Assembly (NCBI GenBank): GCA_026996295.1
Contig: JALWLL010000064.1
Span: forward strand, 14,097 to 78,096
Length of the DNA stretch: 64,000 nt
DNA from: Sulfurimonas sp.
GTDB taxonomy: Bacteria > Campylobacterota > Campylobacteria > Campylobacterales > Sulfurimonadaceae
Direction: 5' to 3'
The notes under the pieces are model-generated. The model ran no database searches and was not told the origin of the DNA. It worked only from the letters and a program-made list of their open reading frames with translations. Of this stretch, positions 9,399 through 19,353 are shown piece by piece. The position numbers were made by a program, and so were the translations under genes. Each line of letters opens with the position of its first letter. Position 1 is the stretch's first letter.

Positions 9399-10664
9399 AT
9401 GAAAATTTTAATACTTGGCAGCGGTGCCAGAGAGTACTCTATTGGCCGTGCTATAGCAAATGAAGAGGTGGAACATGAACTGTTTTATATGCCTGGCAAC
9501 GGGGCAACTTCAGTTTTAGGTACAAATATAAATATCAAAGATTATGATGAGTTGTCGGCATGGGCACAGACCAATGGGATAGACCTCACTATTGTAGGAC
9601 CGGAAGCTCCACTTGTCGATGGTGTTGTAGATATATTTAAAGCAAACGGGCTTACGATTTTTGGACCAAGCAAAGAAGCAGCACAGCTTGAAGGCTCAAA
9701 AGTATATATGAAAAACTTTTTAGCTAAGTACAACATACCGACTGCGGCATATATAGAGAGTGATTCCATAGAGGAACTGTATAAGTTTACAGACACGCTC
9801 AAAGCACCGATTGTTGTCAAAGCGGACGGTCTTTGCGGGGGTAAAGGTGTGATCATTGCACAAAGCCATGACGAAGCCAAAAAAGCGATCGGTGAGATGC
9901 TCAGTGGAAAAAGCTTTGGTGATGCAGGAAAAAAAGTGATCGTTGAGGAGTTCTTAGACGGGTATGAGCTTTCGATGTTTGCCGTATGTGATGGAAAAGA
10001 TTATATTTTACTTCCTGCTGCACAGGATCATAAGCGTGTAGGTGACGGTGATACAGGTCCAAACACGGGTGGTATGGGTGCGTATGCGCCAACACCTTTG
10101 GTAGATGAAGAATTGTACCAAAAAGTTCGTGATCGTATCATCCGCCCTACACTCGATGGTATGCAACAAGAGGGTGCACCTTTTGAGGGAGTTCTCTTTA
10201 TAGGTATTATGGTGGTAAAGGGTGAGCCGATAACACTTGAGTTCAATGTTCGTTTTGGAGATCCCGAGTGTGAGATACTTATGCCGCTTATGACCTCTAG
10301 TGTGGCAGATATGTTTTATAAGGCTGCAACAAACAAACTTGCCCAGATCAAAGTAGAGTTTTCAAAACAATATGCGGTCGGCGTTGTGATGGCAAGTGAG
10401 AACTATCCTTATGGAAGTTCAACGCCTGCGGAGATTATTTTAGATGATGTACACCATGAAGAGATACAAAAATACACACACATCTCTTATGCGGGTGTGA
10501 GTGAGCAAGATGGCATTTTGTATGCCGATGGCGGTCGTGTTTTGGTTTGCGTTGGTCTTGGTGATACTATTAAACAGGCAAGAGACAGAGCCTATATGAG
10601 ATGTGGTCAGGTTCATTTTGCAGGAAAAAAACTCAGAACAGATATCGCTTATCAGGCTCTGTAG
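9399..10664 (+). CDS. purD: Phosphoribosylamine--glycine ligase
   Basis: The ATG at 9399 follows a GGAGA RBS and gives MKILILGSGAREYS, the canonical PurD N-terminus. ATP-grasp motifs are present throughout. The track start at 9357 is a TTG extension. Confidence 0.96.
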   Translation: MKILILGSGAREYSIGRAIANEEVEHELFYMPGNGATSVLGTNINIKDYDELSAWAQTNGIDLTIVGPEAPLVDGVVDIFKANGLTIFGPSKEAAQLEGSKVYMKNFLAKYNIPTAAYIESDSIEELYKFTDTLKAPIVVKADGLCGGKGVIIAQSHDEAKKAIGEMLSGKSFGDAGKKVIVEEFLDGYELSMFAVCDGKDYILLPAAQDHKRVGDGDTGPNTGGMGAYAPTPLVDEELYQKVRDRIIRPTLDGMQQEGAPFEGVLFIGIMVVKGEPITLEFNVRFGDPECEILMPLMTSSVADMFYKAATNKLAQIKVEFSKQYAVGVVMASENYPYGSSTPAEIILDDVHHEEIQKYTHISYAGVSEQDGILYADGGRVLVCVGLGDTIKQARDRAYMRCGQVHFAGKKLRTDIAYQAL

Positions 10665-11114
10665 ATGAATGAAGATATAGAGAGGCTTCTGCATAGAGAG
10701 GGGCTTGAACTCGCAAGCATCCAAAAAAGAGCGATGGCTTTTTTTATTGATGAGATGCTTCTTTCCTTTTTGTTGATCATCGCTTTGTGGAGTTCCTTTG
10801 CCGAAGCTAAAAACGTGGAAGAGATGATTAACCTCACCAATGTGTATATCTTGGAATATATGGCTATGAAGATCTTTTATCAGGCGTTTTTTGTTATGCA
10901 ATATGGTGCGAGCATTGGGAAGATTATGATGAAAATCAGAGTCCTTGAGATCAGAACAGGGGATAATCCCAATGTGATTAGTGCACTTAATCGTGCAATA
11001 TTTCGTATCATAAGCGAGATGCTTTTTTATCTCGGATTTTTGTGGGGAATGTTTGATCCCGCACGCCAAACATGGCATGATAAAACAGCAAGAACCTTGG
11101 TAGTCAATGCTTAA
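10665..11114 (+). CDS. RDD-family membrane protein
   Basis: The N-terminal KRAMAFFIDEML and C-terminal WHDKTARTLVV match the RDD-domain pattern, with 3 TM segments. The start abuts the purD stop. Confidence 0.7.
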   Translation: MNEDIERLLHREGLELASIQKRAMAFFIDEMLLSFLLIIALWSSFAEAKNVEEMINLTNVYILEYMAMKIFYQAFFVMQYGASIGKIMMKIRVLEIRTGDNPNVISALNRAIFRIISEMLFYLGFLWGMFDPARQTWHDKTARTLVVNA

Positions 11115-13275
11115 ACTTCTGTATATTCTACTGATATCTGCTGTTCTTGCTTATGGATCAGATAAAGTAGAAATATATGCTACCTCCATGCAGACTCATG
11201 GTGATATCGTCCAGGCTTCCGGCGAGGTCGCTGTGGTATATAAAGACTATTTCCTAAGTGCTAATGAAGCAAAGTACAACAAAAAAACGGGAGAACTTGA
11301 ACTTTTTGGCAATATCCGTGCTTCCCATGGTGATAATTATAAAATACTTGGAAAATATGCAAAGCTTAACATCGCAGAAAAAGAGAGAGTTTTTCAACCC
11401 TTTTTTTTACTTGAAAAATCCTCAAAAGTTTGGATCAGTGCAGATGACGGGTGTGCAAAAGACAAAGATATTGAGATAAAATCGGGTATCATGAGTGGGT
11501 GTAACCCAAACAACCCTCTTTGGAAGATGGAGTTTAGCTCATCTACATATAACACAGATACAAAATGGCTCAGCCTTTATAATGCCAGAATCTATATCTA
11601 TGATATCCCTGTTTTTTACACGCCTTATTTCGGCTATTCTCTTAATACCACAAGAAGAACAGGGCTTTTAACACCAGGGCTTGGTATCTCTGATAAAGAG
11701 GGGTTTTATTATGAGCAGCCTCTTTATATAGCTGAACACGACAGATGGGATCTTGAACTCAAACCGCAAGTGAGAACAAACCGTGGGTATGGAGGATACT
11801 CCACTTTTAGGTTTGTCGATTCTAAAATATCACGGGGTGAATTTACGGCAGGATACTTTAAAGAGCGAAAAGATTATTTTTATGCCGAAGAGTTGGTAAA
11901 TGATACCCATTATGGATTTAATTTTAAATACGATAACAGCAATTTTATAAACCAGTGGTTCGGTACGGATCTTGAGGGACAGTCTGCTTTGTTTGTTGAC
12001 ATAAAAAATATGAATGATGTTGATTATATCAACCTTGCGAGTAACGACACGACTAAAACAGCAACGGCAACTCAGATACTCTCAAGAATCAACATGTTTT
12101 ACAATACAGACAGAAACTATTATGGAGCCTATTTTAAATATTATAAAGACCTTACGAAAGAGAGCAACCGCGATACCTTACAAAAACTGCCGACATTTCA
12201 GTATCACTATTATTTAGATACATTTTTACAAGATAATCTGTTATATACCCTTGATATTCAAAGCAATAATATCTACAGAGATATTAACAAAAAAGTGATC
12301 CAGACAAATTTTGATCTTCCCGTGACTGTGCAAACCTCACTGTTTGATGAGTATGTCAATGTTGCCTATACGGCACAACTTTTTGCACAACATTCAAGTT
12401 TTAGCGGTAACGAAGAGATATCCAGCGGTACATATAACAACGGAATTTTTGCCAGAAACTACAATATATTTGAAGTTTCTACACAGCTTACCCGTGCCTA
12501 TGAAAAGCAAACACATGTTATGGGGATCACGGCAAAGTACACCTCTGCGGGGTCTGAGTATAAAAACGGTTTTTATGAAGATAATGAGGTCTATTGTTCT
12601 GATATAAATAATTTGAATGAACCTCTTTGTGAATTTTACAATATAACCAACGTAGATGAGAAACTTGAACTTGAATTTTCCCAGTATTTGTTTGATCTAA
12701 ACAATAAACAAAGACTGTATCATAAACTCGCACAGGTTATTAACTATAAAAACTCTGAAAATGCGGTAGGCGAGCTTGAAAATGAGCTTGAATATTTTAT
12801 AACTCAGAACATAAACTTTTATAACAATGTATTTTATAATTATGATGAACACTCTTTTTCAAAAACTTTCAATAAAATATCGTATAACGCACATGGTTTC
12901 AATATAGCACTCTCACACCTCTATAAAGACACATTTTTAAAAGCGACACCAACATATTCACCCTTTACAAGCTATGTCACATCAAGTGCAAGATATACTT
13001 ACAATGAGCATTATTCATATCAAATAAAATTTAACTATGATTTGCAAACAAATCAGAAAAAAAGTTCTGAGATCGGATTTATGTACACAAAAAGGTGTTG
13101 GGATTTTGGGTTGAGGTATCTTGAAAACAACAGACCTGTGCTTACACAAAACAATGAGTCGTCAATCTATGACAGATACCTTTACTTTAGTATAGTCTTA
13201 AAGCCTTTGATGCGAGCAGGCGGCGGAACATCAAATTTTGCAGTAAGACTTCCAGAAGCTCTGAAGGGAAATTAA
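11107..13275 (+). CDS. lptD: LPS-assembly outer-membrane protein LptD (OstA family)
   Basis: The signal peptide is MLKLLYILLISAVLAYG. An OstA-like N-terminal domain is followed by a large Tyr/Asn-rich barrel. The gene sits downstream of purD-RDD as in Campylobacter. It overlaps the RDD gene by 8 nt. Confidence 0.8.
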   Translation: MLKLLYILLISAVLAYGSDKVEIYATSMQTHGDIVQASGEVAVVYKDYFLSANEAKYNKKTGELELFGNIRASHGDNYKILGKYAKLNIAEKERVFQPFFLLEKSSKVWISADDGCAKDKDIEIKSGIMSGCNPNNPLWKMEFSSSTYNTDTKWLSLYNARIYIYDIPVFYTPYFGYSLNTTRRTGLLTPGLGISDKEGFYYEQPLYIAEHDRWDLELKPQVRTNRGYGGYSTFRFVDSKISRGEFTAGYFKERKDYFYAEELVNDTHYGFNFKYDNSNFINQWFGTDLEGQSALFVDIKNMNDVDYINLASNDTTKTATATQILSRINMFYNTDRNYYGAYFKYYKDLTKESNRDTLQKLPTFQYHYYLDTFLQDNLLYTLDIQSNNIYRDINKKVIQTNFDLPVTVQTSLFDEYVNVAYTAQLFAQHSSFSGNEEISSGTYNNGIFARNYNIFEVSTQLTRAYEKQTHVMGITAKYTSAGSEYKNGFYEDNEVYCSDINNLNEPLCEFYNITNVDEKLELEFSQYLFDLNNKQRLYHKLAQVINYKNSENAVGELENELEYFITQNINFYNNVFYNYDEHSFSKTFNKISYNAHGFNIALSHLYKDTFLKATPTYSPFTSYVTSSARYTYNEHYSYQIKFNYDLQTNQKKSSEIGFMYTKRCWDFGLRYLENNRPVLTQNNESSIYDRYLYFSIVLKPLMRAGGGTSNFAVRLPEALKGN

Positions 13276-13277
13276 AT

Positions 13278-13928
13278 ATGAAAAAATACAAGCATATATT
13301 GAAAAATCGTAAAGATGCAGCTGAAAAACTTAAAGATGTGCTTCCTATGCAAAAGCTCAAAGATGAGTCTTGGAAGATAGTAGCAGTATCAAGTGGTGGA
13401 CTGCTTCTTGGCTCACATATCAAAGGGCGACTTGCAAATGATCTGGAGTATCTCTTCTCAGAAGCGATAACGGCACCTAATAATGAAGAGTGTGAAATTG
13501 CGCGTGTGAGTGAGAGTGAAGAGATCGTAATCAATGAGCAGCTTGTATCGGCTTTTGATATTAAGTATGATTACATCTATGGAGAGGCACACAGAAAACA
13601 TGAAGAGCAGATACTAAGCTGTATCTATCAGTATAGAAAAGGGAGGCACTTCCCCTCTATGAAAGATAAAATTGTACTTCTTGTAGATGAAGGGAGTGAG
13701 TCGGGTTTAAAGTTTGTTACGGCACTTAAAACCATTTTGGCAATGAAGCCCAAAGCTGTTTATATTGCAGTGCCGGTGTTGCCGAGTGATATTTTGGAAT
13801 TGTTAGAACCGTTTGCAGATGAAGTGTTTTTTCTTTATGATATTGATGATTATGTAGAGACATCGTTGTATTATGAGGAATTAGAAAAAGTTGAAGATGA
13901 AACTATAGAAAAATTACTAGGAGAATAA
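13278..13928 (+). CDS. Phosphoribosyltransferase-family protein
   Basis: The PRPP-binding loop is IVLLVDEGSESGLKF. Confidence 0.65.
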   Translation: MKKYKHILKNRKDAAEKLKDVLPMQKLKDESWKIVAVSSGGLLLGSHIKGRLANDLEYLFSEAITAPNNEECEIARVSESEEIVINEQLVSAFDIKYDYIYGEAHRKHEEQILSCIYQYRKGRHFPSMKDKIVLLVDEGSESGLKFVTALKTILAMKPKAVYIAVPVLPSDILELLEPFADEVFFLYDIDDYVETSLYYEELEKVEDETIEKLLGE

Positions 13929-13929
13929 G

Positions 13930-16101
13930 TTGAAGTATGATGTAAATGTAAAAGTGGAAAACAGAATAGAGGAGTATTCATTTGGCTCAGTTGCCAAGCA
14001 GGCAAATGGTGCGGCATGGATAAAATCGGGAGATACTGTTATACTGGCTACAGTGGTGATTGATGAAACAGAGATAGTAAAAGATGACTTTTTACCCCTG
14101 ACGGTTCAGTATATAGAAAAAACATATGCTTCTGGAAAAATTCCGGGTGGTTTTTTCAAGCGTGAGACAAAACCGAGTGATTTTGAGACATTGACATCTC
14201 GTATAGTTGACCGTTCACTTCGTCCCCTTTTTCCAAAAGGTTTTGGTTACCCTACGCAGATCACGATCATGGTCTTTTCAGCCGATAGTGACTCAGACCT
14301 TCAGGTACTTGCTCTCAATGCTGCTTCAGCTGCACTTTTTGTATCAGATATCAATATCAGTACTTCCGTGTCTGCTGTTCGTGCCGCCAAAATAGATGGT
14401 GAACTTGTTTTAAATCCGACAAATTCACAGCTCAAAGAATCTACACTTGATCTGTATCTCTCAGGAACAAAAGATGATATCTTGATGATCGAGATGCGCT
14501 CTCTTGGAAGTAAAGATATTGAACTAGAAGATGCTTATATGCTTGATCCTATGGTGGATCCAACCTTAAGTGCCAACACTATCACTACATATAATGACAA
14601 TGCTGTGAGTGAAGAGGAACTTATCAAAGTGCTTGAGAAAACACAAAAAGTTCTTTTTGAGTGTAACTCCAAGTATGAGGTGGAGTTTGCCGAGTTTAAA
14701 AAAGAGGAACTTGATCTGGCGTATAAAGCACATACGCTTAATGATGAGATGATCAGCTATGTCAAAGAGAACCATTTTGATGATATTAAAGATGCGATGA
14801 ATCAAATGGCAAAGTCAGAGCGCTCTACTGCTTTGAGACAGCTCAGAAAAAAAATACTCCTTAGCAAAGAGGAGTGGGATGAAGTTGAGCTTAAAGATGC
14901 GATTGAGAAGGTGAAAAAAGAGCAGGTTCGTACTCAAATACTCAATGAAAAAGTGCGTGCAGACGGCAGAGCACTCAATGAAGTCAGACCGATCACTATC
15001 AGCACAAACGTACTTCCACGTGCACATGCTTCATGTCTTTTTACTCGCGGACAGACACAGGCTCTTGTTGTGCTAACACTTGGCGGGCCAAAAGATGCAC
15101 AAATGTTTGAAAACCTTACTGATGAGGGAACTCAAAATGAAAACTTTATGGTGCATTACAATTTTCCCGGTTTCTCTGTGGGTGAAGCATCACCGATTAT
15201 GGGAACAAAAAGAAGAGAGCTTGGGCATGGAAACCTTGCTAAGCGTGCATTAGAGCCTGTAGTGGAACTTGATGGTCAAACAGTACGTTTGGTTTCTGAG
15301 ATCCTTGAGTCAAACGGCTCTTCATCTATGGCGACGGTGTGTGGCGGTTATATGGCTCTTCGTGCTGCTGACATAGAGACAACGAACACTATTGCAGGTA
15401 TTGCTATGGGTATGGTGAGTGATGGTGAAAACTATGCAATCCTTTCAGATATTATGGGACTTGAAGATCATGATGGTGATATGGACTTTAAAGTAACGGG
15501 TTCAAAAGATGGGATCACTGCAATGCAGATGGATATCAAACTTGGCGGTATAAGCCTGAATATTTTAAAAGAAGCACTTTTTCAAGCAAAAGAGGGAAGA
15601 GCTCATATCATAGATATCATGGAAGAAGCAGAAAAAGAGATAGAGTTTAATGACGGTGTGCTTCCAAGTACAGACCTTTTTCATATCGATCCGGGCTTTA
15701 TTGGTGAGATCATCGGTCAAGCGGGTAAAACGATCCGCGAGATTATCGAAAAGTTTGAAGTTGCGATCGATATAGACAAAAAAGATGGTAAAGTAAAAAT
15801 TACCGGAAAAAATAAATCCGGTGTTGCCGGAGCAAGAGAACATATAGAAAAGATAGTCAACGCTCCAAAAGCAAAAAAGATAGAGTATAAAGTGGGAGAT
15901 GTATGTGAAGGCACGGTGAAGAAAATCGTTGATTTTGGTGCATTTATAGAGCTTCCAGGGGGTACTGACGGACTTTTACATATCTCTAAAATATCTGATC
16001 AAAGAGTTGAGAAGGTCTCTGATGTGTTGAGTGAAGGTGAAAAGATTCGTGTCGAGATCTTGGAGTTTAAAGGCAACAAGATCTCTTTAGGGCGTGCATA
16101 A
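13930..16101 (+). CDS. pnp: Polyribonucleotide nucleotidyltransferase (PNPase)
   Basis: TTG start. The protein has two RNase PH domains, a KH domain (GEIIGQAGKTIREI) and an S1 domain (GTVKKIVDFGAFIEL..GLLHISK). Confidence 0.96.
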   Translation: MKYDVNVKVENRIEEYSFGSVAKQANGAAWIKSGDTVILATVVIDETEIVKDDFLPLTVQYIEKTYASGKIPGGFFKRETKPSDFETLTSRIVDRSLRPLFPKGFGYPTQITIMVFSADSDSDLQVLALNAASAALFVSDINISTSVSAVRAAKIDGELVLNPTNSQLKESTLDLYLSGTKDDILMIEMRSLGSKDIELEDAYMLDPMVDPTLSANTITTYNDNAVSEEELIKVLEKTQKVLFECNSKYEVEFAEFKKEELDLAYKAHTLNDEMISYVKENHFDDIKDAMNQMAKSERSTALRQLRKKILLSKEEWDEVELKDAIEKVKKEQVRTQILNEKVRADGRALNEVRPITISTNVLPRAHASCLFTRGQTQALVVLTLGGPKDAQMFENLTDEGTQNENFMVHYNFPGFSVGEASPIMGTKRRELGHGNLAKRALEPVVELDGQTVRLVSEILESNGSSSMATVCGGYMALRAADIETTNTIAGIAMGMVSDGENYAILSDIMGLEDHDGDMDFKVTGSKDGITAMQMDIKLGGISLNILKEALFQAKEGRAHIIDIMEEAEKEIEFNDGVLPSTDLFHIDPGFIGEIIGQAGKTIREIIEKFEVAIDIDKKDGKVKITGKNKSGVAGAREHIEKIVNAPKAKKIEYKVGDVCEGTVKKIVDFGAFIELPGGTDGLLHISKISDQRVEKVSDVLSEGEKIRVEILEFKGNKISLGRA

Positions 16102-16242
16102 AGAAGAGTTAAGCAGAGTTTGTCTATAATTCGCACATCAATTTCTAGTAGGGAAATCTAGGCATTTATGTTTAGGTTGCTTCACGATTAAAAGTGAGGT
16201 TACGCTATCCGAACGGGTTGTAATTATTTTAAGGAAACATTT

Positions 16243-16557
16243 ATGAAAAAAATTCTTTTTTTAATGGTAGCATTCGCTGCTGCTGCATTTGCTGGTGAGG
16301 GTGAAGTTGCTAACCAAACTCTTAAAGCATACTCAATGATCGCTGCTGGTCTTGGTCTTGGTCTTGCTGCACTTGGTGGAGCAATCGGTATGGGTCATAC
16401 TGCTGCTGCAACTATTGCCGGTACAGCTCGTAACCCAGGTTTAGGTGCTAAACTTATGACTACAATGTTCATCGCTCTTGCAATGATCGAAGCACAAGTT
16501 ATCTATGCACTAGTAATTGCGTTAATCGCACTTTACGCTAACCCTTACTTAGGTTAA
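16243..16557 (+). CDS. atpE: F0F1 ATP synthase subunit c
   Basis: An AAGGAA RBS precedes the start. The helix-loop-helix contains GLGLGLAALGGAIGMG, a polar loop RNPG and the carboxylate helix IALAMIEAQVIYALV. The gene stands alone, away from other atp genes. Confidence 0.93.
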   Translation: MKKILFLMVAFAAAAFAGEGEVANQTLKAYSMIAAGLGLGLAALGGAIGMGHTAAATIAGTARNPGLGAKLMTTMFIALAMIEAQVIYALVIALIALYANPYLG

Positions 16558-16585
16558 TCTTTAAGATTTAAGTTAAGTATCCCTC

Positions 16586-16617
16586 TGTTGGCTTCGGCCA
16601 ACATTTTATTTCTTTTT
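16586..16617 (+). terminator. Rho-independent terminator after atpE
   Basis: Stem GTTGGC / GCCAAC with a TTCG loop (16587-16602), followed by a T-rich run ATTTTATTTCTTTTT. Confidence 0.75.
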
Positions 16618-16620
16618 AAT

Positions 16621-16705
16621 GCGATCGTGGTGGAACGGTAGACACGCTACCTTGAGGGGGTAGTGCCTTACGGGTGTGAGAGTTCAAATCTCTCCGATCG
16701 CACCA
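16621..16705 (+). tRNA. tRNA-Leu (anticodon GAG), long variable arm, CCA encoded
   Basis: Manual cloverleaf. The acceptor is GCGATCG/CGATCGC. The anticodon stem is CTACC/GGTAG with loop TTGAGGG. The variable arm is 13 nt. The T-arm is GAGAG-TTCAAAT-CTCTC. Confidence 0.9.
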
Positions 16706-16935
16706 TTTTAAAACTTCTATTTAAAATTTTCAAAATATAATCATCTCTATTAGTTTATATACTGCCCATGCAACAATGATAACGTAAATGTAAAATAATT
16801 TTAAATTTTAAAATTTGTTCATTTTATATGATAAAGAGGTATAGATATTTATATTAAATGATAAAAATTATCTTTTATTGAAGTTGATTCTTTTGGAAAT
16901 GCTATAAGTGTTTGAAATTATTGAGTGGGCTGAAA

Positions 16936-17010
16936 TGGTGGTCACGACTGGATTTGAACCAGTGACCACCACCATGTCAAGGTGGCACTCTACCACTGAG
17001 TTACGCGACC
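16936..17010 (-). tRNA. tRNA-Val (anticodon GAC), CCA encoded
   Basis: The reverse complement folds as a cloverleaf. The acceptor is GGTCGCG/CGTGACC. The anticodon stem is CCACC/GGTGG with loop TTGACAT. The T-arm is ACTGG-TTCAAAT-CCAGT. Confidence 0.88.
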
Positions 17011-17191
17011 ATTTCGAGATGACATTTTAGCAAAAGATTCTTAAAGTAATTTTGCCTGTATGCATTGATAAAAAAGTAATTTTAATTTTCTAAAAACTCC
17101 CATATATTTACTTTAGATTTAGGTTTAGAGAGTGTATAATTACACCATTAAAATGTTTGATAAACATATAAAAAGTACCCGAAGGTAAATT

Positions 17192-18778
17192 ATGAACTTG
17201 ACAGAGTTAGAAGAGTTAGGATTAAAGAATGTTGGTAAAGTTTTCCATAACCTAAGTTATGATGAGTTAATTCAGCATGAGCTTGATAATGGTGAATGTA
17301 CACTTACAAAAAAAGGGGCTACAGCTGTTGATACCGGTATTTTTACCGGTCGTAGTCCAAAAGATAAGTACTTTGTAGATGCTGATCCATCAAACAAGTA
17401 TATCGCTTGGGGTGATGTAAACAAAAAAGTTGATGCAAAAGTTTTTGCAGAAGTTTTAGAGATCGCAAGAAACCAACTCTCTGACAAAGATTTATATATC
17501 ACAGATGTTTTTTGTGGATCAAGTGCAGCTTCTAAGAGATCTGTTCGTTTTGTCTCTGAGATAGCGTGGCAGTCTCATTTTGTTAAAAATATGTTCATCC
17601 GTCCTACAGAAGCTGAACTTGAAGTGTTTAAACCGGGTTTTACCGTTTTGAATGCTTGTAAAGCAGTCGATGACAAATGGAAAGAGCATGGTCTTAACTC
17701 GGAAGTTTTTGTGATGTTTGATATCGAAAATAATCTGGCTATCATTGGTGGTACATGGTATGGTGGTGAGATGAAAAAAGGGATTTTTTCAATGATGAAC
17801 TACTGGTTGCCGCTTGAAGATAAGCTAGCGATGCACTGTTCGGCAAATGTGGGTGAGCGTGGAGATACTGCACTTTTCTTTGGTTTGAGCGGAACAGGAA
17901 AAACAACACTTTCAACAGATCCAAAAAGAAAACTTATTGGTGATGATGAGCATGGTTGGGACAACTACGGTGTCTTTAACTTTGAGGGTGGATGTTATGC
18001 CAAGGTTATCAACCTTGATGCAAAAAGTGAACCTGAAATCTATAACGCTATCAGAAAAGGTGCACTACTTGAAAATGTTGTTATGTACGGTGATGGTGAA
18101 GTTGATTATGAAGATGGAAGTAAAACGGAAAATACACGTGTTTCCTACCCGATCGAGCATATAGAAAATCATGAACCTAGTTTAAGTGCAGGTCATCCTG
18201 AAAACATCATCTTTTTGACGGCTGATGCTTTTGGTGTTTTACCTCCGGTATCTAAACTTACTAAAGAGCAGGCAATGTACTACTTCCTGAGCGGTTATAC
18301 GGCTAAAGTTGCGGGAACTGAACGTGGTATCACTGAGCCGGTTGCCACATTCTCTGCATGTTTTGGTGAAGCCTTTTTGCCATTGCACCCTACAGTGTAT
18401 GCAAAACTTTTAGGTGAGAAGATAGATAAACATGGTGTGAATGTTTATCTTGTGAACACCGGTTGGACCGGTGGCGGGTATGGTGTTGGAAAACGTATGA
18501 GCATTAAAGATACTCGTGCATGTATCAACGCTATTTTAGATGGAAGTATCAAAGAGAGTGAGTTTGATACAACAAAAACATTTAGACTTCACGTACCAAA
18601 AACTTTGGGTGATATCAATCCTGAGATCTTAAACCCGCGTAATGCATGGGAAGATAAAGAGGCATTTGATAAAACAAGAGATACTCTAGCAGAGATGTTT
18701 ATAGAAAACTTTAAAAAGTATCAAACGGAAGATAGCGAGTTTGATTACTCTTCGGCAGGTCCTAAAGTAGGTAGCTAG
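17192..18778 (+). CDS. pckA: Phosphoenolpyruvate carboxykinase (ATP)
   Basis: The kinase-1a loop is [13 protein letters not shown], and GDDEHGW and NTGWTGG motifs are present. Full length, 528 aa. Confidence 0.96.
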   Translation: MNLTELEELGLKNVGKVFHNLSYDELIQHELDNGECTLTKKGATAVDTGIFTGRSPKDKYFVDADPSNKYIAWGDVNKKVDAKVFAEVLEIARNQLSDKDLYITDVFCGSSAASKRSVRFVSEIAWQSHFVKNMFIRPTEAELEVFKPGFTVLNACKAVDDKWKEHGLNSEVFVMFDIENNLAIIGGTWYGGEMKKGIFSMMNYWLPLEDKLAMHCSANVGERGDTALFFGLSGTGKTTLSTDPKRKLIGDDEHGWDNYGVFNFEGGCYAKVINLDAKSEPEIYNAIRKGALLENVVMYGDGEVDYEDGSKTENTRVSYPIEHIENHEPSLSAGHPENIIFLTADAFGVLPPVSKLTKEQAMYYFLSGYTAKVAGTERGITEPVATFSACFGEAFLPLHPTVYAKLLGEKIDKHGVNVYLVNTGWTGGGYGVGKRMSIKDTRACINAILDGSIKESEFDTTKTFRLHVPKTLGDINPEILNPRNAWEDKEAFDKTRDTLAEMFIENFKKYQTEDSEFDYSSAGPKVGS

Positions 18779-18782
18779 CGAT

Positions 18783-19346
18783 TTAAACTTTTTTCTTTGT
18801 GGCTTGTGTCATATACAGCCACAAAGCACTTCCAAACACAACTAGGATGATAGGCGCTATCCAAGGTTTATCACTAACAGTTTCGGCAAACTCTACAAGA
18901 ATGCGTCCCGAATAGTAACTTCCCAAACCAAATACCAAAGCCCACACTGCCGAGCTGAGTACATTTAAGATAGCAAACTTTTTAAAATCATATTTTGTTA
19001 GCCCAATGGCAATAGGTATCAGTGTTTTGATGCCATAAACAAATTTTTGAAAGAAGATGATCCATGATCCGTACTTCTTCATAAGTACATGAGAGAGGGC
19101 AAGTTTACGTCTGTGTTTTCTCAAACCCTCCATCATCATCCCCTTTTGGTATCGCGCCATGTAAAAAAGCATGATATCACCGAGTGCATTGGCAACAAAG
19201 GCTATGAGTATGACTAAAGAGAGATCCATCTTGCCCATAAATGACAAGACACCGGCACCGATAAGTGCTACAAAACCACCGCCAAGTGAATAAAGAAAAA
19301 GACCAATGTATCCATAGGTCGCTAAATTACTAAAAGTATCTTCCAT
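18783..19346 (-). CDS. DedA-family (SNARE-associated) membrane protein
   Basis: Multi-pass membrane protein of DedA size with the YGYIGLFLYSLGGG and FFQKFVYGIKTLIPIAIG pattern. Confidence 0.7.
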   Translation of the reverse strand: MEDTFSNLATYGYIGLFLYSLGGGFVALIGAGVLSFMGKMDLSLVILIAFVANALGDIMLFYMARYQKGMMMEGLRKHRRKLALSHVLMKKYGSWIIFFQKFVYGIKTLIPIAIGLTKYDFKKFAILNVLSSAVWALVFGLGSYYSGRILVEFAETVSDKPWIAPIILVVFGSALWLYMTQATKKKV

Positions 19347-19353
19347 AATTTTC

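Noticed and set aside
10440-11078. 212-aa minus-strand ORF spanning the purD 3' end and the RDD gene.
   Set aside because: It is antisense to two genes with clear family signatures. It has no RBS, odd composition and no recognisable motifs, so it is a shadow ORF.
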